From Girardia tigrina (Eukaryota): a DNA stretch of 59,721 bases. The stretch is taken from assembly GCA_001938485.1 (NCBI GenBank), contig MQRK01239088.1, forward strand, positions 1-59,721. The letters are read 5' to 3'. Numbering within the stretch: position 1 is the stretch's first letter; each line of letters begins with the position of its first letter. The translations under genes were made by a program, and so were the position numbers. Below are positions 1-14,614 of this stretch, piece by piece. The notes beneath the pieces were generated by a model. It was not told the DNA's origin. It saw only the letters and a program-made list of their open reading frames with translations, and did no database searches.

Positions 1-548
1 GGGGGTGGTGGAGAACCGTCATTTTCTCCCTACTAAGGCCTCTTTGTCACCGATGACTGTTCATCGTGTGACACCGTTCTTTATTCATGGCCTGAATCAT
101 CGTAAGTTGTATTTACTGTCTTTGTTTATTAATTAACCTTTGTCTGGCTTTATTTAATTTATATTTCTTTGCAGGGGTATAACCCTCTTCAGGAAGATGC
201 CATGGCTTCGCGGACCACACCCAGGGACCGGTCTCGTCACAAGTTACGCGTGGAGGGTCGGGTGACCCCTAGACAACAACGGGTCGTCCAAGAGGTGCTT
301 TAATTCATTTTGGTCTTTTTCTAATTAATTATTTTATCTTTTAGAGCGACTACTTCTTCTCAAGGTTTTCGGGGTTCCACAGTTTGGTCCCAACGGCTTA
401 TCATCTCATTTGGTCCTTCCCATCGAGTAAGCTTTCAATTCTCTTGTCTAATTTTCTTCATTCATCGTTTTTTAGCTGCGACACAATGTTGCCCCCCTTG
501 ACACGAGGAACCAAAAGCGATCCAGGGACCTATTTTTTGATCAAATAA
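1..548 (+). other. Compact 4-exon spliced transcription unit (possible 66-aa ORF 202-501, or lncRNA)
   Basis: GC-rich blocks separated by AT-rich GT-AG introns 102-174, 295-344 and 427-475; CTAAT branch sites in the last two; AATAAA near 544. Confidence 0.55.
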
Positions 549-615
549 ATGTATGATTCCCTCAGTTTTCTTTTTATACTGCTTTTTTTTCTATAATTGC
601 ATGTGTGATGTATTA

Positions 616-1608
616 TTATATTATTTTTCGACCGCAACAAATTTCATGACAGTACCTCTCCGCTGTGATTGTTTCACCTGGATTCAAGAAACTATAGTGG
701 ATGATTCCAGCATCACACCACAAAACTGTCACCATAACCTTACGGGGTGTTAGTTTCGGTTTTGGAAAGTGTTTCGGAACTTCATCTTTGTCCAACCACT
801 GTGCAGATCGACGTCGGTTATCATACAGGATCCATTTCTCATCACAGGTAACAATACGATCAAGAAATGGATCGTTTTTTATTGCGAAGATGATTAGCAG
901 AACAAATTTCATAGCGTCGGTTCTTTTGATTTTCATTCAAATCATGTGGAACCCATTTATCAAGTTTCTTGATTTTTCCAAGTTGTTTTAAATGNNNNNN
1001 NNNNNNNNNNNNNNNNNNNNNNNNNNNNNNNNNNNNNNNNNNNNNNNNNNNNNNNNNNNNNNNNNNNNNNNNNNNNNNNNNNNNNNNNNNNNNNNNNNNN
1101 NNNNNNNNNNNNNNNNNNNNNNNNNNNNNNNNNNNNNNNNNNNNNNNNNNNNNNNNNNNNNNNNNNNNNNNNNNNNNNNNNNNNNNNNNNNNNNNNNNNN
1201 NNNNNNNNNNNNNNNNNNNNNNNNNNNNNNNNNNNNNNNNNNNNNNNNNNNNNNNNNNNNNNNNNNNNNNNNNNNNNNNNNNNNNNNNNNNNNNNNNNNN
1301 NNNNNNNNNNNNNNNNNNNNNNNNNNNNNNNNNNNNNNNNNNNNNNNNNNNNNNNNNNNNNNNNNNNNNNNNNNNNNNNNNNNNNNNNNNAATTTTTTCC
1401 ATTATTAATTTAGCACCGTAAATATTCTAAAAAATAACAGCAATATGTTAATAATGGCTATAGGTATATACAGCTAGGCATAAGATTTCAAATAATATCT
1501 AACACTAATGCATTTAAACTTATATATATATATATATATATATATATCAAAGTAGATAAACAAAGTATAAAGCTCAAAAACCGCCATTATTTTTCGACCA
1601 ACCTAATA
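616..1608 (-). mobile_element. Mariner transposon (Hsmar1/cecropia-like), truncated and frameshifted, spanning an N gap
   Basis: WVPHDL, RIVTCDEKWILYDN and KVMVTVLW motifs; 5' TIR TA|TTAGGTTGGTCGAAAAATAATGGCGG ending near 1606. Confidence 0.9.
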
Positions 1609-2835
1609 TATAGTTTAAGATGTAAATAATTGACCACTTCAAATCAAAGACGAAATGTTTAATTTTTAAAACCTACAGATTTAAATGGATTAAAAATCTT
1701 TTTTGGAGCCTTACAATTTAGAAAAAAACCATGAACCTGTTTACAATAAGATCCATTCAAGTACAAATAATGAGTTAATAAGTATTTTTTGGTCGAGTCA
1801 TCTTCTAAAAATTAGTTGCATCATTTTTTCCAGATTATATTAAAAAAAATAATTTATCATTTTTAAAAAATAAAATAATAATATAAAATAAATAATTAAA
1901 TATTTTAGAAAGGAAAATAAATTTTAGTATAAATTAATTCATGATGATAAAGAAAAATTTGTGAACATAATAATTGAATAATTTTAATGAAAAACGAAAA
2001 TGTAAAGGGAAAAAGATCTATCGAATTTCATTATTCATTATAACTAAGAGGAACTTTTTGATATTTACAATTAAGAAATAATTTCACAAAAAAGATTGTA
2101 AAAGGAAACTAATGCACGAGTTTTCAAATCCTTCAAAAATATTCAAGCTCAATGTATAACGGAGATATAATTACATTAAAAAACGATTTTCAATGTAAAG
2201 GATAACAATATACATTATCATATTAAATGAGTATTTTAGTTAATGAAGAAAAATAAATAAAAATTATTATTATAATATAAAAATGTATTGTTAGGAGAAT
2301 TATTTAATTGAAGATCAAATAGTTTCTGTATCATAACTCAGGAATTTCTGATTGTTTTATTGATAGTCACTCTGAGCACTTCATTAATGGAAAATGTTTA
2401 TTATAATCAGAAAAGTACTTCATTTATTTTAAAATAAATATATAAATTCGTCTATAATTTATATTTTATTTCATTCATAAATGAACATTACAAACGAGAG
2501 TTATTATCAGTAATTAAAATTCAATATTTTATTTCACAAATATAAAAGTGTTAAATAATATTTCCATTATTTATTTTTACTTTCTTTTTCAAGAAATTGT
2601 TAAAAATCACATTATCATATATTTTTATGAACGGCTGATAAAATCAATTAAAAAAAGAAGTTATGGATTAAAAATAATTCTTGTTATAATTTATAATTTA
2701 TTATAAAAATATTATCACATAATTCTTCTAAAAATTCTAATGTATCGTGGCATTTTTATGTTGATTTAATTATTCGGTTTGTTAAAAAAGTCATTTTTTG
2801 TAAATATTTTATGGTCAAAAAATGACATGAATGTA

Positions 2836-3445
2836 CAGTCAGGTGCAAAAGTTTGTGAACGCTTGTTTCTATACTGCTTTTTGTTGTTACACTGCATGTT
2901 TGTGTATTCCTTGTTAAGTATACATAAACCATTTAAATGATTAAATGCATATTTTATTTTTATTACTTTTCAAGTTATAAATTGTCATTATTTATTTTAA
3001 AATTATGCCTGTCCACAGCAAGAGCTAATAAACACAAAACAGAACAGCGTGCAACAGTTTTGCCATTGCAGAAGCACGGCGTTTCTTATCAATACATAGC
3101 TACAACTCTTAATGTTTCTCTTGGAGTTGTGTGTCAGACTGTTCAGAGATAAAAATGAGACTGGTTCCTTATGTTCAAGATCTCGATCTTGTCGTCCAAG
3201 GTCAACCAGTCAAAGGGACTGGTCGAAATATTAATATTCATATTAAATATCAATACACAAAATACTAAATATACAGTGGTTTTTCGTGGTTTATGTGCCA
3301 GTTATGACAAGTTTTGATAAATTTGTGTCTTATTATAATGTTCTAATAAAATCTTTGTATTTTGGTGTGCTTTTGTCAATATAATTGCAGTTGGGTGCAA
3401 AAGACAATTTAACAACAAGCGTTCACAAACTTTTGCACCTGACTG
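2836..3445 (+). mobile_element. Non-autonomous Tc1-like element (610 bp)
   Basis: Perfect 32-bp TIRs CAGTCAGGTGCAAAAGTTTGTGAACGCTTGTT, TA on both sides, remnant paired-like HTH (SYQYIATTLNVSLGVV...RSRSCRPR). Confidence 0.92.
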
Positions 3446-3949
3446 TATATGATTGTACTATCAATTATTTAAAACCACTTTTAAATTTTTTAAAAAACCA
3501 CTTTTTAAAATCGAAGCTTCATTATTCTAGATTTATAAAAAATCTAGACTTAGTTAGCAAAAAAGCCATCTGAGAACGATTTTATGTCATTACCACTGAT
3601 AATTTCTTTTCAATTTAAGGAATAATTCAGGGATTTAAAAATGTAAAATCCGGTGGGCCAAAATCTAGAGAATGCAGTGTTCTTCGAAATTTCAAGTTAA
3701 ATTTCTATTCATAATTTTTTGTTATCTTTATTTATGATCAAAATATCCCCTCTTCTACTCAAAGAAAAATTTTCAATTTCGTGTTTTTTATTATGAATAA
3801 CATTTCTCTGAATTGTTACTGCTTTTATATTGCTGCTTATTTTTTATAAATATGAAATAATATATATAAATAATATGAAAATAATTATAAAAATTTGAAT
3901 GATAATTAATGAAATTAAATAAAAAACATCAATAATTTTAAAATAATTT

Positions 3950-4480
3950 GAATTCATATCAAGACAAAGAGTTCTTTGTCTGGATTTGAGTAATTACGGA
4001 ACTTGCTTATATGGAAAATTATGAGTAGATAGACTCTCACTGTTTGGTCAACCAATCAGATCGAGCTATGCATCAAACAGTGAAATTTAATTTCCGTTTT
4101 CAATTATTACTTTGCTTTGAAGTTTTTTCACTGATTGTTATTTGGAAATCGAAAAATTTTGTCACTGATTATTCTTCGGAAGCAGTTCCAAAAGCCATTT
4201 TCTTTAAAAATTCGATCAAATAAAAAGCATAACATTCCTTGGGAGAATATCTGCCACTGGGATCGTTTCAGCATAGTCAGAAAGTTTCGAAAGTCATTGT
4301 CAGTTTTCCACATTGAAGTAAACAATCCATTTTTGTTACAAGTAATTAAATATCTCAACAATGGATTGATCTGTTATCATTTCAAAAATGAATCACAAAT
4401 GTCTTTAAGTTTCACAAAAAAATTCAATCAATCTAAGTTTATAATATCAACATGCATAAAAAGAGCTTTTATATACTACC
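3950..4480 (-). mobile_element. Highly degraded mariner remnant
   Basis: KDICDSFLK..NPLLRYLITCN/KWIVYFNVE resembles mariner FLKRIITGDEKWIVYNN; boundaries approximate. Confidence 0.55.
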
Positions 4481-6279
4481 ACCTTTTTATTCTTTACTGA
4501 TTTATTTATTATTTTTCTTTATTTCTTCCTCTCAAACCTATACTAAAACTTCTTCTATTTTTTTCATTTTTAATTTTAACATTTTAAAAATTTTTTATTT
4601 CACTAAAATTATTGTAATCAGTAAAATTGTACAAAATTATTTTATCCATCATAAATGTTTCAAAAATACTAAATATAAATAAACTTCGAAATTTTAATTA
4701 AATAATATAAAATTTAAAAGAATTATCTACTTACAAATAAAAAGTAGTTACACTGGTTTGTAAAAAAATCTTTGTAAACAAAATCCAACGAAACTGATCA
4801 TAAAACTCGGCCTAGTTGTCTCCATATGCTTAAATAGTATATTATCATGTAGTTCTGAGCTGAGTTCAAAATTTCAAAGCTCTAGTTAAGACGGAAGATA
4901 CTTTAAAATTAATCCCAAAACTCCACAACAACACCGCAAGTTTATAAACATGATAAATAATAATTTTTAAAGCTTGATTTAGATATTTCCAAGACCTGTA
5001 ATTTTTATTGTCGTCATACTTGGATTAGATTTGATAATGATTGATATGCTGTCGTTGTCAACTATAACTGGTCGACATCTTTCTGACGAAATTCTTCAGT
5101 ACAAAATTTATTGAATCAAAATCAAATACCTTACATACACAAAACACGACAAGCATATTTAGTAAGATCTTTAGTTTAAATTTGACAATAAGGCTTTAGT
5201 GCTTATATCTTATTCAAGTGATAAGCGCTTGAAAAGACGAAAATATCTTTTACTATTTACCGAAAAAAATCAATGATGTGTCTTATAAAGTGAACACAGG
5301 AAAGTCAAGAAAAAGAATTAAAACATTTTACGTTAAAAAAGCTTCTTATCAAGAACAAAAATAATATTTCCAATAACTATTAATCATAGAAAAGGACTAA
5401 TTCTTTGACGAATCTTTATTATAATAAAAAGATTAATATTATTTGAGACATGAATTGGCGAATATCGTCAAAAATGTAGAAAAGTATTCAAATTTTATGT
5501 ACTCCAACGACAGTTAATCTTCCTCGTCTGTTTATCAACAATAATCAATACTGATACATGGCCATTGAAACACCAACACCAATACACATTCATGCATCAT
5601 TCACGAAATAGAAAACAAATCACATCGGAATATTTATTTACAATTAAAAATTTCTTTCTTCTGAATCTTCTTTTTCGATTTTGAATTTTACAAAACATTT
5701 ACCCGACTTGTTACCGGTAAAATAAATACACATATTTAATAAATTAAATTAAAATTTGATTTAATTAAATTAAATCAAATAAAATTTAAATTGAATTAAA
5801 TTGACTGAAACCGAATTGGATAGCCATTCCTCGGTTCAGAAATTATTTTCTGAAAGAGACATAGAACCAACAAATGCAACAGAGAAAATAAAGAATCAAA
5901 CAATCTTCCATAGAAATCGCGTGCTCGAGACATTCGAAATTAACAAAACCCTATAATAAAATAAGTCAAGAACAATTTTTATTAAAAAAACATACTCGAG
6001 TAAAAAATCATTCATTCTTCTGATTAAAGATAAAATATCATCATCATATTCAATAATATTTAGTCTCATAGATCTCAATTAAACATTAAAAATTTCATAT
6101 AATTTGTCAACAAAAAACATCTACTACTTCAATAATGCTACTTCAAATAGTTAAAAATGACAATCTATCAGAAACAGAATGAATTAATTTACTGTGAAAG
6201 ACAAATATAATTATAAAATATGATTAATCAACGAGACCAAGATCATTTAAGAGATGATGTTTAACATTCACCGATTTCA

Positions 6280-6415
6280 TCAGACTATCGTTCCGGGCCA
6301 TGAGATTATTTTCAAAACAACTCGACCGGTCGTTTTTTTAAGACACAAAACAGCATCTGCGTGTGAAATATGGGCAAAAGAAGCGTTATTCACTTCGAAT
6401 AGGATATCCCCACAT
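6280..6415 (-). CDS. LNX: LNX last coding exon: PDZ4 end and stop
   Basis: ttccag acceptor; [44 protein letters not shown] then TGA TGA; not in ORF track. Confidence 0.93.
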
Positions 6416-9400
6416 CTGGAATAAAGATTATTGAATGAAGAAATTAAAACAACTAAATAAATGAATTAAAACGTTTTAAAATCTCCAATTAAAACAAATT
6501 TTCTATGATTGAAAATATCAGAAATATTATATAAAAAGTAATAAAAGCAGAAAAAACGCGGATAAGTAATCAACGTTTTTCTTGTTACACCATCATACAA
6601 AATTGCTGTAAACTTTATCTAGTTTTAGAAAGCTTTAGTTTTACTTGTTTCAATGAGAGAAGATTCAAATTAAAGCATAAACTCACTATTAATTATTTTC
6701 ACCTTAACCCTTTCAAAACCATTGGGAAGGGAAAACTATTGTCCCAGAGCATACCATTTCAACACGATTTTTTTATTTCAGTAATCCATGTAATAGTATA
6801 GCCCAAAATATTTTTGTTCTAATTTATTTTGACTAGATTGAATAAAAAAAGATTTTTGCAAAATTATTACTAGGACATATTGTCCCAGAGAATATTACAT
6901 GGATCATTACATGGAATATTACATGAAATAAACAAGTTAATAAAAAGTCTAGTGACAATTTAAGCGCAATTTCCTTATGTTATTCGGTGTCCATATAAAA
7001 TTAATTAAAATTAATTAATTAATCCATATGAAATTAATAGTTTTCTATTAATTATTAAAACGTTTATATCAGTATTTGACTATATGATTAATTTTTGTGA
7101 TTGAACGAAAGGATATTTTAGAAAACTTAATACAATATTGTTCTAAATTATTGCAGGAATCGATTGGTAAATGTTTCAAGTCGCTAAGTGGTCTGGTTGC
7201 CGAGATATAGGCCAAAAACTGCATTTTTTCGAGGTTTTTTGGATTTTCCGGGAAATCNNNNNNNNNNNNNNNNNNNNNNNNNNNNNNNNNNNNNNNNNNN
7301 NNNNNNNNNNNNNNNNNNNNNNNNNNNNNNNNNNNNCTCGATATTGCTTCGTTGAGGAGGAGATACGACTTAAAGCTGCGGACACACATCCATCCATCCA
7401 CACAGAAATAACCAATTAATAATCGCAATTGTCAGTATGGAAATTGCGCTAAAAATCGTGGTGAAAGAGTTAAATGATATGTTCCAATTTTCGCATTCCA
7501 ACGGATTTCCTTTATGAATATAAAAATGGTTTGAAAGCATCTGAATCTATAAGAAAAATACGAAATGCCATTGGTGAAGACTCTGTAACAGATAAAGTTG
7601 TACGTTTTTTGTTTCGTAGCTTTAAATCTGGCAATGAAAACCTTTAAGTCGAATAACATTCAGGACATCCATTGGCATGTGAAGATGAAGGCATTTGTAA
7701 GTTTTTGGATGAAAATCCATATTCTACATGTGAGGATGTCTGACAAGTATGAAAATGTGATGAATCTATCGTAAGGAAACGCCTCCATGTCATTAATTTT
7801 ACGACAAAGCTTGAAAAATGGTTAACACACAAATTGAGTGCCTACTAATGTTTAGTTCACTACTTGTGGTAGGAGACTTGTTATAAATTATCGAAATACC
7901 ACGTTGTACACCACAGTTTTACTTTGTATTGTTATTAGAAAACGTTAGATCAAGTTTGAATGATCCCGCGCCCTAAACAAATTGACTAATGTGTTGACCT
8001 AAAATGGTCTAAATAAATTGTGTATTATAGAAATGGCAATGAAATTATCGGTTTATACGTAATTGACGATAATCACTAAAATAAATTCTTCACAATAATT
8101 ATTTAACATTAATTTAGAAGAAAATTCTGTATTTGAAAATTATTGAATTTAATTATAAGATCAATCGATCGGAAAATGAAAGAATAGAAAAAATAGAATA
8201 GATTAAAACTTTAGAATAGAAAGATTGTGAAACTAATGTTTATTTTGTTTGATGATGACGGTGGATAATCTGTCGTAATTAATAACGAAGATTAAAATTC
8301 CTTGACGACATTCTGCTTTATACTTACAATTATTAGTGAGTCTAGCATTGAAAACATTAAAATATTCAAACGAAATTTATTTTTAATAATACGAAAGTTA
8401 TAAAGGAGAATCATTACTCTAAAAAATTTCCATATACATTAAAAATGTATCGTCACACAACATGGTCTTTGAAATAAACGCCAGTCTCACGGAAGTAAGT
8501 GATAAAAATGCCTTTGACATTCTAAAAAATTGAGAGAATGACAGTATTTCTGTGACATGTTGACGACAACTCAAATAGATTCAAGTTTTCCTCCATGCAA
8601 TGCAATCGGAGCTTTCGCATCTTTGCTACTTAAAACCAAAGATCGAAACAGGATCACAATTTTCTAATTCTAATTGCACTAAAAATTACGGTAGAGTAAT
8701 TTTGATGACATTCAATCGCACTGTTAGTACTGCACGATTTGTTTGAGTTTCTGAGATATTTATTCGACAATTTCACATGGCCTATCTAATCATTTTTTTC
8801 ATTAAAAATAGTTTGACCATCTTAAAATGGTTGAACCATCATTAGATAGTCGACATAGATGGACTTTCTTCACCATAAATAAGACAGCTCGACGAATATC
8901 TTTTTCTCGTTTTTTCGTTTCATGAGAAAGAAGCGAATGACGCTTCAATATGGGACACTTTTAAAGACAATTTAAAATTCTGCGCTTTGTAAAACAATAA
9001 AAAATAATTTATTAAAACAAGTATATTAAATGATGCCACTTAATAACTTGTAATGGAAGATAAGTTTTATTTGAATTGAATTATGTTTTCTATGTTAGAC
9101 TCATTACTTGTTGACCACATCATGTATATAATAAAAAAGGCCGATTTTTCAAGGTAATTTTTGTAAAATTCCTAAAATAATTATTTATATATAACTATGA
9201 CCAGATTTTTATGGATTCAGGGTTACATAACGAGGCTACCTGCATTTATTAACACTAAATGTTATTGACTGACAGATACTTCCTTAATAATGTGTAATAT
9301 CACTATAAAGTCTTAATGTGTTAAGGCAAAGGCTTTTGACATCAACAAAATATCTAACTGATGACTATTAACTTCCATTTATTGTTTAGATACATTTATA

Positions 9401-12400
9401 ACACATTAATAGAAGATATTCATAAATACGTGATTATAAACATAAAAATATCTACATGTCAATAAAATTCTTTAAATTTCGATTTCCACTATTGCATTTA
9501 TTTTTAGTTTGAAACCACGAATTATTTTTTAAAGAACATATTTAAATTATTTGAATATAAAAGGATTAAACATAAAAACTGAAATTCATCGATAATAAAG
9601 TTTTGGAAATAACATAATGAATATGATATGAAATTTATTTATATTATATATTATGTATATTATATATATGTAAAATTTTGACAGAAAATTATATTATTAG
9701 AATAATGAAAAGATAATGTATTAAGTTTTTGCAAAGGGTTATCCTGGGAATGTTAAGGAAAAGTGCCAGAAAACCCAATCAAATAAGGAAAAAAAATATT
9801 TATATCAGAAAAAAACGTTACATAAATGTATTGACTGAATAGCGAATGATATACTCATATGAAATATTATGAATAATATATTAATAAATACATTGCATTA
9901 AATTTTCAATTTACGACACGATGAAAAACAACTCTCAATAATTATTCGAGAATAGAACATGAATCAAGTACCACTGGACGGTAACTCGGACTATTTACAC
10001 CAATAAAGGAAGTAACCATTAGGATGATTACATTTATGTTATCATCATTGTCGTGTTTATAGAAAATTATTTACTCTCGTAATAAATAAATAAACATATC
10101 TGGCTATAATATGACCAAAATAATGATGTTAAATAAATAGTTAGAACAAATTTCAAATGCCGTCAAAAATGTGATTTCATCATAACTATACGTTCTCCTA
10201 TTTTATTTTATACTAATAATCTTACCTTTTAATACACGTACCGCGAACCTTTTATTTTATATTGATTTACTTAATTAAACACTTATATATGAATATGTAA
10301 ACGATACAATAATACAATTTTGTATAGTGAAATCAAATAGTAATTATGCTGAAAGATTCAAATAAGGAATAATTAGAATTAACAAATTTTTAGCATATAT
10401 TAATAAAAAATAATTTATATAATTAATTAGAAGCTTTTTTTGGACAAGAAGTTTTCTTTTCAAATTTTTTTTAATTCAAGATTAACTCCGAAGTAAGTTT
10501 TGTAAATATTATAATATTATTATAATTTATAAAGTAAGATTTTGATTTAAATTTACTTGGCGAATTTGATTTAGAATTGTTTTTTATTTGAAATGTCTTA
10601 GAATTTGAAGGCAGTTTTAGAAACAGTTCTATATTTAAGTAAAACAAGTTGTTTGCAAAATTATCTTCATTATCTTCTGAAATTCAAAAAAATATGAAAT
10701 TTTATTAAATGTGAACCTCTAATATTATTGAAAGAAAGATAATTTATAAATAAAGTAAATATGTTAAATGAAAAAAGGTAATTTTTCCTGAGGAATTCGT
10801 TAAGTCTCCTAAAACCAGAGGCCTCAAGGCTCTAGTCACTCCTTATAGTTATTAACAAGAAAATAAGAAAAAAACTTTCTTAAAAAATCTCATAAAATTC
10901 ATACATATCACAAAATGAGTGAGGAAAAAGTTCAATAATGTTTTTACAGTGAAGAAATTCAAGAAAAAAATAATTATAACTTTAGACATAAGAAAGCAAC
11001 ATAATATTTATCAATATTCTTATTCATTAAAAACGTTCTAAGACTGCGATTTATGATGCCAACGAGAGAAAATTGTCTCTAATTTTCAACCACAATTTGT
11101 CCATTCTTTTAGTAAATTATTTTCCATTTCTTTTAATAGTTACGCCTTCTTTCGCTTTCTAATATAGAGAATTAGAATTAATTTGTCGTTAATTTTTTAA
11201 CATTCACAAACCTTTTTAGAATCCAACGGATAAAAGTATTTAAAATATAAAAAAGATAAAAGCTAAAATCTGAAGAAAAATGGTAAAATGAATCTACAAT
11301 AGATTGTAGCAAAGAATCATTTGTCCATTTTCAATATTTTGTGTAAAAAAATAATTTATGTTGTAAATAATGTCAATTTCAAAATGTTCAATGAAATTGC
11401 ATGAAGAACAAAACACATTTGAAAACAATCAATTTTACAAGAACAAAAAGAAGTAAAAATGTATGATTACTTCAAATAAAATATTTTTTCATCTTATACA
11501 TTTTGAAATTATTTTCTATTTCCAAAAAATGAATATCTAAAAATAAATTACAGTAATATATTCAAAAGGAGAAAAAAATAAGACAACCCTAAATCGATCT
11601 ATGATAAATATTATAAAAACATATAGTTTTATGATAAAAAAAGATAATTATATTTTTTTAATTATTAAATTAAAAAAAGTGATACCATAGTTTTCTTTCA
11701 TATGTAAATAAATGCATAAAATAGATAAATAATTTAAAAAAGCCATCACAAATTAATGAGTTTTTAAAATAGTTTCCTATACTTAATTTCTGAGAATATA
11801 TGTAAAATAAATTAAATAGAAAGATAATTTCCATAAAAACATTGAAAATAGTATTGTCTTTGTAGTATTTCATTAGGTAAATAAATTTCAGATAATATCA
11901 AACATTTCCCTAAAATAAATCATCATTTGATTGAAGGAGTATTGAATTTCAATTTATATGCATTTGATACAGGCTCAAATAATCTCATCGAATTCTTTGA
12001 TGTAACAATACATAATAATAATTATAATATTATTTTCCTGACTTTTGCAATATTCTTAACAATACAGATATGTATATCACTTTTCATAGAAAATAAAAAA
12101 AAATTGAAGAAATTTAAGTGACAAAAACCTTTGCATAAAATACCAAAAAACAACTTTAATTTAGTGAATAATTGTTTGATTGTGTTATAAATTTATTTAA
12201 TAAATTATTTAAAAAAATCAAAGTTATTATCAAAGTATTTATAATAATATTAAAAAAATATTTTTTTTATTTCCAATAATAAATTTAAAAAAATTACTGA
12301 TTAAATTAGTGTATTATTTATCTAATCTCAAGCTTTGAACGCTCTCAAAAGTTTGATATTGATAATTTATAAAATTATTACAAAATCCGGGAATTGTGAT

Positions 12401-14574
12401 TATTTTGAGGAATTTATTCCAATATTCAAATGGTTCACAATTGACTATAAAAATGTATTAATCGATCTATCGATGAAAAGGGTGTCAACCCAGGACCGGC
12501 GAGGGAAATAGTAAAGTATAAAGAGAATATTTACTATTTTAATACAGTGCCCCCCCCCCAGTAAACCGCGGCTGGATGTATGGATCCCAAAAATATTTTA
12601 TTTGTTTGCATTTTTTAAACCTGATATTATTATTAAAACATGGTAATAATACATATTGGATTCTTGCTCACAAGACATTATAACGAACACCAAAATTTAT
12701 TTCTATAACAATTAGAATTTTTAAACAAATATTTTTTGAGGAACTTTTGTATTTTCTTTTTTTACACAACCAATATAAATAGAAATATGTATAAATAAAA
12801 ATATGATTTGTATATTTTTTNNNNNNNNNNNNNNNNNNNNNNNNNNNNNNNNNNNNNNNNNNNNNNNNNNNNNNNNNNNNNNNNNNNNNNNNNNNNNNNN
12901 NNNNNNNNNNNNNNNNNNNNNNNNNNNNNNNNNNNNNNNNNNNNNNNNNNNNNNNNNNNNNNNNNNNNNNNNNNNNNNNNNNNNNNNNNNNNNNNNNNNN
13001 NNNNNNNNNNNNNNNNNNNNNNNNNNNNNNNNNNNNNNNNNNNNNNNNNNNNNNNNNNNNNNNNNNNNNNNNNNNNNNNNNNNNNNNNNNNNNNNNNNNN
13101 NNNNNNNNNNNTACCGTAAAATTTATTTTATTTCTTACTTAAATAAATTTTTTATATTAAATTTCTGAAAATCTATTTTAACATATTTATAACAATATTT
13201 TATGGAATGTAATTGTTTATCTAATAATTTCATAACATTCAAAAATTTTATTTTATGAACGTTCCCAACAATACACAAAAATGCTTATATATTTTTTGAG
13301 AGTCAACAATCAGGGACTAGGTCAGAGATGAGCATAAAATCCGAGAGTCTGTCTCCACCTTAGATGAGGACGTTGGTTTAAATCGCAAACGTCTTAGAAC
13401 AGCAGAGAACGATGGTCTGGATGAAGACCTCAGTGAGTTGCTTGAAGAACCAAGTGAACTAGTCAATCTTTCAGATTTGCTTCATGAACTCAATATCGAT
13501 TCACCAGCTGCTGATGCGTGGTTACAATGTGACAACTCAGAACCCACGTTTGAGATGCTATCAGATGAATCAATTGTTGCACTCATGACTCAGACAAACA
13601 CAACAGCCAATGGTACTGGAGAGGATAGTCCTAAGGATGATGACGATGGTGGAGTTGTGATTTCCGTTCCAACTGCTGCAGAAGCAATCAAAAGAATTGA
13701 AACAATAATCCTCTACTTTGAAAGTAAGCCGAATAATTTTGTTAAGCTTCTCATGATGAAGATATTTATTTCTGATAACAAACTTCAAAATCAACCAAAA
13801 CAGAAAAGAATCACAGACTTTTCAAGTAAATACATAGTAAACTAAACACTAACACAAAATGACTATGATTAAATTTTACCACTTTATATTTAATTGGAAT
13901 AAATAAATTTATTGGAACCGTCTTTAGTTTTAATTAATTGGCAGAGTTAAATACATATGAACCATTTATTATGAACCACTTGTATTTAGATATTTTTAAA
14001 TAAGCGTTGAGTATGCCTTATTATAGATGTGTAACTGTCCTAAAATTTCATATTTTACAAATACCCAATTTTATACTGCTACAAATGCTAACTTTCAGTA
14101 AACCGCGTGTTAAATTATGTCTCCAGCACCCGCGGTTTATTGGGGATGACACTGTAATAAAATAATTTTGGATTAAATTAGGATTTTATCTCAGACAAAA
14201 GATGAAAATTTAGGTGGATTTTTAAAATTTATATTAAATAATTTGTTAGAAAAACATGGAATATTAGACATAAAATTGAGTAATTGTGTCAATTTTGGAG
14301 ATTTTCACTTAAATAAAATAAGTGTTTTTATAAAATTCTAGAGAGAGATAATAAAATAGATAATGTTAAATATTTATCATATTTGGTGTCAGCAGATAAA
14401 ACAAGTAATCAATTTCCAAACCTAAAATTTGTCTCGTAACTATAACAATTTATGGATATGTTTCCTCTGGCTTCATCATCACATCACCTTTATAATTGCC
14501 AAATATTTTCTTACAACAAATTAATCAAATTTTATTTCTTAGGTTTTATTGGTTTATTTTATAATATTTAATAG

Positions 14575-14614
<40 letters not shown>

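Noticed and set aside
860-1421. ORFs containing X runs (also at 7.1-7.4, 12.8-13.2, 25.4-25.7 and 49.8-50.1 kb)
   Set aside because: Artefacts of N gaps and (TA)n microsatellites.
5070-5102. Minus-strand CTGAAGA...GAAA hammerhead-like string
   Set aside because: No stem II pairing; at best a deleted relic.
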